Of a stretch of DNA of 64,000 nucleotides, positions 1 to 11,267 are shown one piece after another; position 1 is the first letter of the stretch, and each line of letters starts with the position of its first letter. Under the pieces are notes generated by a model. That model did no database searches. It saw nothing but the letters and a program-made list of their open reading frames with translations, and was not told where the DNA came from. Origin of the DNA: an uncultured Spirochaetota bacterium (GTDB lineage: Bacteria; Spirochaetota; Spirochaetia; SZUA-6; Fen-1364); the NCBI GenBank assembly GCA_963845325.1, contig CAWJRT010000016.1, positions 39,780 through 103,779 on the forward strand, given 5' to 3'. Made by a program: the position numbers and the translations under genes.

Positions 1-943
1 AGTTCACGCGGCGCTCCCTGGTCGTCGACTTCATCATGGGCATTCTGCCCGTTCCTTCTCCTGTACCCCTTTCGAGCCCTGGGGAACGTGCTGGTGTTCA
101 GAAGATCAAGGCGCGCCTCGGCGGACGGTTCCGCTTCACCGTTTCCGGCGGGCGGCGCTCTCCGCCCTACGTGGACAAGTTCTTCCAGGCGGCCGGCGTG
201 CTCCTCCTGGAAGGCTACGGCCTGACCGAGACCACACCGGTCGTGTCGGTGCGGCTCCAGCACCACCCGGTGCCCGGGACCATCGGGCCGCTGCTCGCCG
301 AGCAGCAGATGAGGCTCCTCGACCCCGAGACGGGCAGCGGAGGTCGGCCCCGGGCAGCAAGGGGGTCATCCACCTCAAGGGTCCGAACGTGATGAAGGGC
401 TACTACAAGCGGCCCGACAAGACCGCGGAAGTGCTCACGCCGGACGGCTGGCTGGACACGGGTGACCTGGGGATGGTGACCTACAAGGGAGAGATCCGCA
501 TCCTCGGCAGGACCAAGGAGACCATCGTGCTCCTGGGCGGGGAGAACGTGGAGCCGGTGCCCATCGAGGACACGATCCTGGAAAGCGAATACATCGACCA
601 GGTGATGGTGGTGGGCCAGGACCAGAAGTTCCTCGCCGCCCTCGTCGTGGCCAACCAGGAGGCCCTGGAGAAGTACGCCGGCGACGCAGGAGATCATCTA
701 CATGAACAAGGAGGACCTGCTGGAGAACCCGCAGATCATCGAGCTCATCTCCGACGAGATCCAGTCACGGGTGTGCGCGAAGCGCGGGTTCCGCGAGTTC
801 GAGCGGGTGTTCCGGTTCAAGCTGCTCCCGAAGCACTTCGAAGCCGGCGTCGAGCTGAGCGCAAAGCAGTCGGTGAAGCGCCACGTCGTCGCACGCGATG
901 TACGCAAAGGAGATCGCGTCACTTGTTCGGGACAACGAAGTAG
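1..943 (+). CDS. Long-chain fatty-acid--CoA ligase (AMP-binding family). The N-terminus lies outside the window and the in-window part is split across three frames by two frameshifts.
   Basis: ORFs 36..392, 389..943 and 702..1073 carry the AMP-binding C-terminal motifs EGYGLTETTPV and DGWLDTGDLG..GEIRILGRTKE and an FadD-like tail. The frame changes at ~390 and ~700. Confidence 0.75.
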   Translation, partial: VHAALPGRRLHHGHSARSFSCTPFEPWGTCWCSEDQGAPRRTVPLHRFRRAALSALRGQVLPGGRRAPPGRLRPDRDHTGRVGAAPAPPGARDHRAAARRAADEAPRPRDGQRRSAPGSKGVIHLKGPNVMKGYYKRPDKTAEVLTPDGWLDTGDLGMVTYKGEIRILGRTKETIVLLGGENVEPVPIEDTILESEYIDQVMVVGQDQKFLAALVVANQEALEKYAGDAGDHLHEQGGPAGEPADHRAHLRRDPVTGVREARVPRVRAGVPVQAAPEALRSRRRAERKAVGEAPRRRTRCTQRRSRHLFGTTK

Positions 944-970
944 GCAGGCCGCCCGCCGGCTCACCGCGCC

Positions 971-1954
971 CTATCCGTTCCTTTTCTTTTCCTTCAGGTC
1001 GTCCTTGTTGAGGATGAGGATGCTGCCCGTGCCGTCCTGCACGAAAACCTCCGTGCCCGAAACGAGGATGTAGGTGAACGGGTCGACCGCCGTTTCCGAC
1101 TGCGCCTGCAGCGCCAGTGCCTCGTCGAAGCGCCCCAGGAAAACGCCCGTCGGGGTGCTCACCACAGCGTAGGCCGAGGTTCCCGAAGCAGCAAGGAAGC
1201 TGGCGGCGTGATGTCGTCTTTCCCCTGCTGTCTGGACCGCGAGGGTTGACGGGTCCACCGACACCAGGCGGACAGCGGCGTTGCCCCCGGTTGTTCCCGC
1301 AACAACGACGATCGACGAGCCGATGGTCACGTACATGCGCCCGCGCACCGAGTTCAGGTCCGACTGGGACAGGAGCTTTCCGGAGACCCGGTCGATGAGC
1401 ACGAGCTTCCCGAGCTTGTCGGGTGAGGCGGCAACCGCTAGATGAAGAGCAGCTGGCCCGGGCGCTGCGGGTGCGCCGCACGGCGGTTGTCGGGGCCTGC
1501 GGCTGCGCGGCCTGCTGCTTGATGATCGCCTGCTCATCGGCGGCGATCGCGGCCCTCTGCTGCTGGGCGGACTTCTGGTCCGCGGCGACCTGTGCCTGTG
1601 TCTGGGCGGCCGCCTGCTGTTCCTGCTGGACCTTCTGCGCCTGCTGGGCAACTGCCTGTTCCTGCTGCTTGACCTCGCCGGCGGCCTGCGCCGCCGCCTG
1701 CTTCTGCTGCTCGGTCGCCCCGGGGGCAGCGGCAGCGGCCTTCTGCCTGTCCGGCCGCCTGCTGTGCCTGCTGGAGTGACTGCTGTCTGCGCGGCGAGCT
1801 TCTGCTGGTCCTGCTGGAGCTGCTGCTGCTGTTCCTGCGCTTTCTGCTGGTTCTGCTCGATCCCGCGCTGCTGCAGCTCGGTGAGGTCCTTGCGCTCGGG
1901 AAGCGCCTTGCCCGGTTGGGTCCTGGAGGTTCTCGATGACGGGCGGTGCGGCAA
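971..1954 (-). CDS. Hypothetical protein with an N-terminal Gln/Ala-rich coiled-coil-like low-complexity region and a C-terminal globular domain. It is probably frameshifted.
   Basis: The minus-strand ORF opens with QQRGIEQNQQKAQEQQQQLQQDQQKLAAQ. An alternative frame continues the Q/A-rich sequence, and the C-terminal ~150 aa (LVLIDRVSGKLL...ILILNKDDLKEKKRNG) looks like a genuine domain. Confidence 0.4.
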   Translation of the reverse strand: MPHRPSSRTSRTQPGKALPERKDLTELQQRGIEQNQQKAQEQQQQLQQDQQKLAAQTAVTPAGTAGGRTGRRPLPLPPGRPSSRSRRRRRPPARSSSRNRQLPSRRRRSSRNSRRPPRHRHRSPRTRSPPSSRGPRSPPMSRRSSSSRPRSRRPRQPPCGAPAAPGPAALHLAVAASPDKLGKLVLIDRVSGKLLSQSDLNSVRGRMYVTIGSSIVVVAGTTGGNAAVRLVSVDPSTLAVQTAGERRHHAASFLAASGTSAYAVVSTPTGVFLGRFDEALALQAQSETAVDPFTYILVSGTEVFVQDGTGSILILNKDDLKEKKRNG

Positions 1955-1975
1955 GCTGTCCGGCCGGGACCGCGG

Positions 1976-2557
1976 TCAGGCTCCCCTTCTGCGCCCCGGG
2001 GAAAGGGGGACCAGCATTCGGGTCTTGCCCGGCCAGTCCGTGTACGTCGTGGCGATGCCCGCGTTGTCTGCCGTGACGTTGCTCATGACGATGGTCTTGT
2101 AGACCCCGCCCAGGTACTGCATGTTTCCGCGGAAGACGGCGTTGTAGTAGACAACGAACCGCGCAAGAATCTGCGCGTCCGCCGGCGCGTAGCTGTACGC
2201 CGCCTGAAGGTACCCGCTGACCATGCGGATGATATTGGCCACATCGTCCACCTCGGAGCCCGCTTCGAGGATGAAGATGTCGGCATCCAGCTTGTTGCCC
2301 TCTGCAGGGCCGACCGCGTGGATGAGCCTGTACTTGCCGGCGAAAGTGAACTGGCCGGGCGCCGCGGTGACGCCGCGGCCAAGGCCCTGCCCGATGCCCA
2401 CGATCTGCTCCACGGTGTCGATTCGGTTGTGGGGGCCGACGTAGTTGGTGAACGTAACGGAGGTTCCCTGGCCCTTGCTCAGCTCGTCCCTGTCCACCTG
2501 GCCGAACGCCAGCACGCCGACGAGGAGAAGCGGCAGCGCCGCCAGTATCCTGTTCAT
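1976..2557 (-). CDS. Secreted hypothetical protein with a signal peptide.
   Basis: 193-aa ORF with an N-terminal MNRILAALPLLLVGVLAFGQ signal-like segment. It has no recognisable catalytic motif. Confidence 0.5.
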   Translation of the reverse strand: MNRILAALPLLLVGVLAFGQVDRDELSKGQGTSVTFTNYVGPHNRIDTVEQIVGIGQGLGRGVTAAPGQFTFAGKYRLIHAVGPAEGNKLDADIFILEAGSEVDDVANIIRMVSGYLQAAYSYAPADAQILARFVVYYNAVFRGNMQYLGGVYKTIVMSNVTADNAGIATTYTDWPGKTRMLVPLSPGRRRGA

Positions 2558-2560
2558 GGG

Positions 2561-4296
2561 TTACTCCTCCTGATTGAGTATATCTGTTTTCAGGGCACCC
2601 TGCAGGATGGACAGCGCGGCTGTCCTGACCACCGGATCGAAGCCGCCGCGCGAGATGGACAGCAGGACGGAGATCGCCGAGGGTTCGGCGATGGTCCCTT
2701 CGTAGACGCTGATGCGGGCAATCGCTTCCACCACGGCGGAGGCCAGGCGGCTGTCGGGGGCGAGCGATGCGCGGCTGGCGAACGCCTGGAGGACCGAGCG
2801 CAGGGAGAGGCCGTCGCCGTCGCTTGCAATTGCGCCGAGGGCCCGAATTTCCGCGGCAAGGGCGACACCGTCCGTTTCTGCACCGAGGGCGCGCAGCAGG
2901 GCCGTGCGGGAGCCGGTCGATCCCACGCGTCCGAGCAGGCCGTCGGCCTCCGCCCGGAGATCCGGGAAATCGTTGACGAGCCTCTGGTTCAGCCTGGCCT
3001 GGGAAACAAGCCCGAGGCCCGCGACGCCCTCCAGCATCCTCACCGCGTACCAGGTGCTCTTGCCGAGGGAACGGGAGGCAATGCGGCTGCCGACATCCGA
3101 GAGAAAGAGCCGGATGCCTTCGCGGCCGGAAACGCTCAGCAGCCCCTGGAGGTAGAGATAGTCAGGATTGCCGTCAAGGAGCGCCCCGTTGTCCGAGCGG
3201 AGAGCGGCGTCTGTCCGCCCCGAATGCATGATGTCGTGGCCCTGCTGCGGCCAGGGCGCGGAACCGGAACCGCGCGGGAGGGTCAGGCTCTGCGGCGCAA
3301 TAACGGCGGAAACGATCCAATCCCGCCCCCCGACAAGGATCACGCCGTCGGCGGAGAGGCTCGCTCCTCCCTCGGCTCCCTGCGTGAGGCTCGTGACCGC
3401 GCCGCGGACCGGCTCCATGGCGACGAGGGATCCGTCCTGCGCCCCAAGGACCACGACGTCGTGGACCATCAATGGCGGTGCGCTCAGGGGCCTCCCAGCG
3501 TCTCTCTGCCAGAGCTGCCCGGCCTTCAAGAGAGAATCCGGTGACACGGCCGCCGCCGGTTGCAGCGACGATCTGCAGGGCATCCACGGCCACGCCCCGG
3601 ACGGGCGCGTCCAGGGTCTTCCTCCACCGGACGTTGCCCGCCGGACTCACAGCGGCAATTTCTCCCGCTTCCGTGCCGAGCAGAAGAGTTCCGTCTGCCG
3701 CGATGGAAGGCGGGCTGGGAGCAGCACTGAAAGGGATCGACCACTTGAACTCACCCCATGGCGTGAGCGCGTACAGCCGCCGATCGGCTGCAACCACGTA
3801 GATCGAGCCGGAACCGTCGATTGCCGGCTGGCCGGTCACCGCGCCGGGAAATGTGACCGACCATTCGCGCCTGCCAAGGTGTGAAAGCGCAACGAGGGTT
3901 CCGGCCGACGTCCCGACCAGCACGGTGCCGTCCTCCGCGATCGCCGGATCGCCGGCCGGAAGCCCGTCGAGACGGATGGTCCAGAGCCTGCCGCCGTGCG
4001 GGTTCACTGCAATGAAATCGGCGTTCTTCAGGCCGGCATAGATTGTTCCGTCAGGACTGACGGCAAGACAGTCCCATGGGATCCACCCCAGGTCATGCTT
4101 CCAGAGGAGACTGCCCCCATGAACCCAGGCGTACAGGAAGCTGTCCTCCGACAGCGCATAGGACGCGCCGCCGGGTCCCATCGCGGGCCTGCTGCGGATC
4201 TGTCCGCCGGTTGCCGCGCGCCAAAGGTATGGCGTCTGGGCCCACGCAGGCACCAGAGAGCAGAGAGCGATGACCGCCGCCAGCAGGGGCCCTTGT
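2561..4296 (-). CDS. Secreted PQQ-like beta-propeller repeat protein with C-terminal HEAT/PBS-lyase-like repeats. There is one frameshift at ~3560.
   Basis: ORF 3174..4502 has a signal peptide (KQGPLLAAVIALCSLVPAWA) followed by repeated DGT[IVL]Y.G..DG.L.A...G propeller blades. This continues into ORF 2561..3583 with further blades and then alpha-helical repeats (LLRALGAETDGVALAAEIRALGAIAS...). The start is a probable GTG at ~4296. Confidence 0.6.
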
Positions 4297-4386
4297 TTCA
4301 CCACCCGGGAGCGTACTGCACCGGGCTGCGATTGGCAAAGACCGGAAGACCGCCCCGCATTGCCTCGGCGCAGAGGATTGAGTACC

Positions 4387-6024
4387 ATGCGGCCATGGTC
4401 TACAGCTTCGCGCTCGGCTCGCTCCCCTCCACCACCCGGCTCGTTCGCAGACTTCTGGGAGGCAAAGGCGGCAATCCGCAAGATGATCCCCCGGGATTTC
4501 ATGGAGCCGCACGCGCTGGCCGAGCAGGCACGCCTGGTCGACGCGCGGACCTATGACCGCGACGTGCTGTGCGAGGTCCTCAGGGAACAGAACGAGAGGT
4601 TCGGTGCGGGGCCTGCGGCGCTGGGCACTATTGCCCGCCTCCAGAACACCGCTGCGCTCGTCGTCATCGGCGGACAGCAGGCGGGGCTGTTCGGCGGCCC
4701 TCTCTACACCGTGCACAAGGCATTGACCATCCTGGCCGTTGCGCGCCACGCAGAGGTGACGCTGCAGAGGCCCGTCGTCCCGATTTTCTGGATCGCCTCG
4801 GAGGACAGCGACCTCGCGGAGGTGGACCATACCTACACCACGGACAGGGAAGGAAGGCTGGTCTCGCTGAGAATGCCCGGCGCGGCACCCGTAAAGGTTC
4901 CCGTCTCTCGGATCCGCCTGGGCGAGGCCATCGGACCGCTGCTCGACGAGCTGGCCGGGTTGCTCCCCGAAGGCGACATCGCTCGGGAGGTGATGGCTGA
5001 GCTGCGGGCTGCATATACGTCCGGGCGCACGTACCCCCAGGCCTTCGGCGCGTGGATGGCGCACCTGTTCGGACCCCTCGGACTTGGGCTGGTAGATCCG
5101 TCGGACGTGCGCTTGAAGCGGCTGGCGCACGACCTCTTCCAGAGGGAGATAACGGAAAAAAGCCCGGTGAGCGCCGCCGTCATCGAGCAGACGGCCCGCC
5201 TCACCGCGGCCGGCGACGAACCCCAGCTCGACCTGCGCGAAGGTTTCCTGACCTTGTTCCACCAGGACCCGTCGCGGGACTCCATCACGGTGACGGCACG
5301 GGGTTTCCAGCTGAAGTCTTCCGGCAGACGGTTCACGCCGGGTGAGCTATCGTCCCTCCTGGGGAGCAGCCCCGGGTCCTTCACACCCAACGCGGCCATG
5401 CGGCCGCTGTTCCAGGACACCATTTTTCCCACGCTCTCCATCGTGCTGGGCCCCGCGGAGATAGCCTATTTCTGCCAGCTGACTCTCGCGTACGAGCGCC
5501 TCGACATCCCGATGCCCGTCATTGTTCCCCGTGCCTCTCTGACGCTCCTCGAGCCGAAGGTTGACCGGCTTCGCATCAAGCTCGGGGTGGACCTCCCGCA
5601 GCTCCTTGAACGTGGAGAACGGGTCATCGATGATATCCTGCGAAAGAAGGTCCCCGCGTCTCTTGGACAGCGCATCGCCGACGGACGGCAGGCCGTTACG
5701 GGGCTCTGGGACGGAATCCTTGCGGAAATAGACTCGCTTGATCCGACGCTCCACCGGACCGCGCTGGTCGGGTCGGCGCGCATGCTGCGTCAATTCGACT
5801 TCATGGAAAAGAAGATTGCCCAGGCTGCACGGAAGAAGAACGAGATCCTGCGGGGACAGGTCGGGCGCCTGACCGCGGCGCTGGCGCCGCACGGCGCCCT
5901 TCAGGAGAGGACCCTCTGCGTTGTACCCTTCCTCGCCCGGCACGGCAGCAGTGTGCTGTCGGCCGCGGCCGCGGCGATTGATCCGTTCGCACCGGAACAC
6001 CGGGTCCTCGTGGTAGAAGCATGA
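4387..6024 (+). CDS. bshC: Bacillithiol biosynthesis cysteine-adding enzyme BshC.
   Basis: The motif VVIGGQQAGLFGGPLYTVHKALTILAVARH...RPVVPIFWIASEDSDLAEVDH matches the BshC (YllA) signature VVGGQQAGLLTGPLYTIHK...PVIPIFWVAGEDHDLDE. The gene is ~545 aa and the start is chosen at ATG 4387. Confidence 0.8.
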   Translation: MRPWSTASRSARSPPPPGSFADFWEAKAAIRKMIPRDFMEPHALAEQARLVDARTYDRDVLCEVLREQNERFGAGPAALGTIARLQNTAALVVIGGQQAGLFGGPLYTVHKALTILAVARHAEVTLQRPVVPIFWIASEDSDLAEVDHTYTTDREGRLVSLRMPGAAPVKVPVSRIRLGEAIGPLLDELAGLLPEGDIAREVMAELRAAYTSGRTYPQAFGAWMAHLFGPLGLGLVDPSDVRLKRLAHDLFQREITEKSPVSAAVIEQTARLTAAGDEPQLDLREGFLTLFHQDPSRDSITVTARGFQLKSSGRRFTPGELSSLLGSSPGSFTPNAAMRPLFQDTIFPTLSIVLGPAEIAYFCQLTLAYERLDIPMPVIVPRASLTLLEPKVDRLRIKLGVDLPQLLERGERVIDDILRKKVPASLGQRIADGRQAVTGLWDGILAEIDSLDPTLHRTALVGSARMLRQFDFMEKKIAQAARKKNEILRGQVGRLTAALAPHGALQERTLCVVPFLARHGSSVLSAAAAAIDPFAPEHRVLVVEA

Positions 6025-6767
6025 CGCCGGCCCCGTCACACTCGGCGCACGTGGACATTCTTGCCTTCGGCGCACACCCGGACGACGTCGAGCTCGCGGC
6101 GTCCGGCACCCTCATCCGTGCGGCGCGCGCGGGATCGAGGACTGGCGTTATCACGCTCACCAGGGGTGAAATGGGAACCCGCGGCACTCCCGCCGCGCGC
6201 GCCGCCGAGTTCGACGCCGCAAGCGCGGCCATGGGCCTGTCGCACCACGAGATGCTCTCCCTTCCCGATGGGAGGCTGCAGGCGGACGAGGCCGCGCGGG
6301 ACGCGGTCATCCGGGAGATCAGGGAACACCGGCCGCGGATCGTTCTGCTGCCGCACAGGGAAGACCGTCACCCCGATCACCCCGCCGCCTCCCGCATTGT
6401 GGAGGAGGCCGCATTCCTCGCAGGCCTGGCAAAGCGCGACACAGGCCAGGAACCTCACCGGCCGTCCCAGCTCGTGTACTACATGAGCACCTGGGAGTTC
6501 GAGCCCAGCTTCATCGTTGACATTTCGGGAGTGATCGAGGAAAAGCGCCGCGTGCTGGAGGCCTACGGGAGCCAGGTATACAGCGCGGGCAGGCCAGGCG
6601 GTGAGCCGCCGACGTTCATCGCAAGTGAGCATTACCATGAGCTGCTGTTTTCGCGCATGTCGCATTACGGCCACCTGATCGGGAAAAAGTACGGCGAGCC
6701 GTTCAAGATCAGGGGTTTCATCGAGATCGGGGACCTCCTGGAGGCCTTCGGCAGCCGCACATACTGA
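6021..6767 (+). CDS. bshB: Bacillithiol biosynthesis deacetylase BshB (LmbE/PIG-L family).
   Basis: It has the PIG-L/LmbE hallmarks ILAFGAHPDDVELAASGT and HPDHPAA. It overlaps bshC by 4 nt (ATGA), which suggests an operon. Confidence 0.8.
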   Translation: MTPAPSHSAHVDILAFGAHPDDVELAASGTLIRAARAGSRTGVITLTRGEMGTRGTPAARAAEFDAASAAMGLSHHEMLSLPDGRLQADEAARDAVIREIREHRPRIVLLPHREDRHPDHPAASRIVEEAAFLAGLAKRDTGQEPHRPSQLVYYMSTWEFEPSFIVDISGVIEEKRRVLEAYGSQVYSAGRPGGEPPTFIASEHYHELLFSRMSHYGHLIGKKYGEPFKIRGFIEIGDLLEAFGSRTY

Positions 6768-6837
6768 GTACGGGAGACCGTACCGCATTGGCAAGAGCGG
6801 ACGGCAAAGCGTTTCGCGCCGGTGAGGAAATCGAAAG

Positions 6838-6862
6838 GACGACGAAATGTACATTTCGTCGT
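6838..6862. other. Near-perfect 25-bp palindrome in the convergent intergenic region between bshB and the beta-glucosidase gene.
   Basis: gacgacgaaatgt|acatttcgtcgt(g). There is no following T-run. A second short hairpin, gtacgg-gaga-ccgtac, lies at 6768-6783 directly after the bshB stop. Confidence 0.4.
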
Positions 6863-6922
6863 GATGGCAGATCGTTCCGCCGGCGGAAGTGCTCTCGGAA
6901 ACCCGTCCTCGCCTCTGACCTC

Positions 6923-8283
6923 CTACAGCGATCCGCCGTTGGTGGCGATGACGCGCTGGTACCAGCCGGCGCTCTTCTTCCACGTGCGCGCCTGCGTACG
7001 GTAATCCACGTGCGTGATGCCGAACCGCTTGCTGTATCCCCAGGACCATTCGAAATTGTCCATGAGCGACCAGAGGAAGTAGCCCTCGAGCTTCACCCCG
7101 TGCTGGATGGCGCGCCGAGCCTCGCGGAGGTGGGAGGCGAGGTATTCGATCCTGTCGTCGTCCTGCACTTGTCCCTTTTCGATGCGGCGGTCAGGAAAAG
7201 CAGCACCGTTCTCGGTGATCACGAGGGGCATTCCCGGCCGTTCGTCCCTCAGCCTCATCAGCAGGTCGAACAGGCCCTCCGGATGCACCTCCCAGCCCAT
7301 GTCGGTCAAAGGCTTGTGCTCGACGGCGGCCTGCTGGTAGCCGAGCACACCGCCGGCATCGCTCGCATAGATCCTCTGCGGGAAATAGTAGTTGACGCCG
7401 AGGAAGTCCACGGGATTCGCGGCAAGAAGCGGAAGATCATCCGGGATAAACGCGCGGGGCGATTCCGTGTTTCGTGAATGCGGCCAGCACGTCCGCCGGG
7501 TACGACCCCTTGAGAACGGGATCGAGGAACCACCGATTGGCAAGCCCGTCCGCCCGGTGTGCCGCCTCGACGTCCGACATGCCGTCCGTCCACGGATACA
7601 TGGTGTGCAGGTCGAGGGCGATGCCGATGCGACCGGCCTCAGCGCTGCTCAGCTCGCGGAATGCGCCGACGGCCAGGGCGTGCGCATGGAGCAGCACGTG
7701 CGAGGCCTGCACCGCCGTGCCGAAGTCCTTCAGCCCGGCGCGTGGATTCCCTCCGAATGACCCGAGGAACGCGGCGACCTGGGGCTCGTTGATCGTCATC
7801 CAGGTCTTCACGCGGTCCCCGAGATGGGTGAACAGGCATGCGGCGTAGTCGGCGAACCAGGAGGCGGTGTCGCGGTTGGTCCATCCCCCCGCGTCCTGCA
7901 GCGCCTGCGGCAGGTCCCAGTGGTACAGGGTGAGCGCGGGATGGATCCGGGCTGCCAGCAGCGCGTCGACGAGCGATTCGTAGAAATCCAGTCCCTTGCG
8001 GTTGAGCCTTCCGTGTCCCTCGGGGAACAGGCGGGGCCAGGCGATGGAGAATCGGTAGGACGCGAGGCCCAGATCCCGCATGTTCTCCACGTCGTCCTTC
8101 CACCGGTGATAGTGATCGCAGGCCACGTCGCCCGTGTCTCCCCCGTGGATCGCTCCCGGGCGTCGCGCAGAAGCGGTCCCAGATCGACTCGCCCCTGCCG
8201 TCCTCCTTCACGGCGCCTTCGACCTGGTACGCGGCGGTGGCCGCTCCCCAGAGAAATCCCGGGGGAAATTCGCTCGACGACAT
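6923..8283 (-). CDS. GH1 beta-glucosidase, with two frameshifts.
   Basis: ORFs 7639..8628 (N-terminal [19 protein letters not shown]), 7437..8126 ([19 protein letters not shown]...TINEP) and 6923..7543 (ITENGAA...[15 protein letters not shown]) are consecutive parts of one GH1 enzyme. The frame changes at ~8150 (GGG/CCC run) and ~7440-7540. Confidence 0.85.
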
Positions 8284-8334
8284 TCCTTGCTCCTCGGCCC
8301 AGTATAGAAGGCGGCGGCCGGGGCTGTCAAACTT

Positions 8335-8363
8335 CATTGACCGGCCGGATTCCGTTCCGTATC
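8335..8363 (+). promoter_or_regulatory. Putative sigma70-type promoter upstream of clpB.
   Basis: TTGACC (8335-8340), a 17-nt spacer, then TATCTT (8358-8363), about 30 nt upstream of the clpB ATG at 8394. Confidence 0.35.
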
Positions 8364-8393
8364 TTAGCAACAAAAGAACTTTCCGGAGAAAAC

Positions 8394-10966
<2,573 letters not shown>

Positions 10967-11267
10967 GAAGAAGTAGCAAGCCTCCCCACGGCGGCGGCTG
11001 CCGCCAGAGGAACCTGGAAGACCTTGTGCGGCGAGCTGCCGCCGCTTTTCAGCACGACGCTTTCGCGGGACAGGCCGAGTGCCTGCGCGAGGACCGGATG
11101 ATTTCCTCGTTCGCCTTTCCCTTTTCCGCCGGCGCCCGACGGACACCGAGAGCTCGCCCGGCCCTGACACCCAGGACGCCGTCCGCGCGCGCGTGCGCCC
11201 TGGCCTTCACGCGCAGAAGCAGAGTTGTGTCTTTCACCGCGTAGAAGGCTGCCCGGTTCCATGAGCA

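Noticed and set aside
1423-2102. Cys/Ala-rich plus-strand ORFs (1423..1779 and 1764..2102) with a CxxC-like appearance.
   Set aside because: They are the antisense/alternate-frame read of the CAG/CTG-rich coiled-coil gene, with no start context and extreme composition. Artefact of repetitive codons.
1946-3544. 532-aa plus-strand ORF.
   Set aside because: It lies antisense to the PQQ-propeller gene and the signal-peptide protein. It is Arg/Ala/Gly-rich, which is typical of a spurious high-GC open frame.
4093-5262. 389-aa minus-strand ORF, plus other long antisense ORFs (6036..7049-, 11325..11939+, 21095..22000-, 29944..31458+, 44114..45637+, 49239..50273+).
   Set aside because: Each is entirely antisense to a gene with clear homology-type motifs and has the R/G/A/P-rich composition expected of non-coding frames in 65% GC DNA.
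8355-8390. Possible CIRCE (HrcA) operator upstream of clpB (TTAGCAACA).
   Set aside because: Only one partial arm (6/9 match to TTAGCACTC) and no inverted partner 9 nt away.
10967-11267. Small ORFs in the clpB/pbpC convergent spacer (e.g. 11049..11237-, 11026..11244+).
   Set aside because: No RBS and a biased R/A/G composition. Most likely non-coding, or an error-extended pbpC 3' region.
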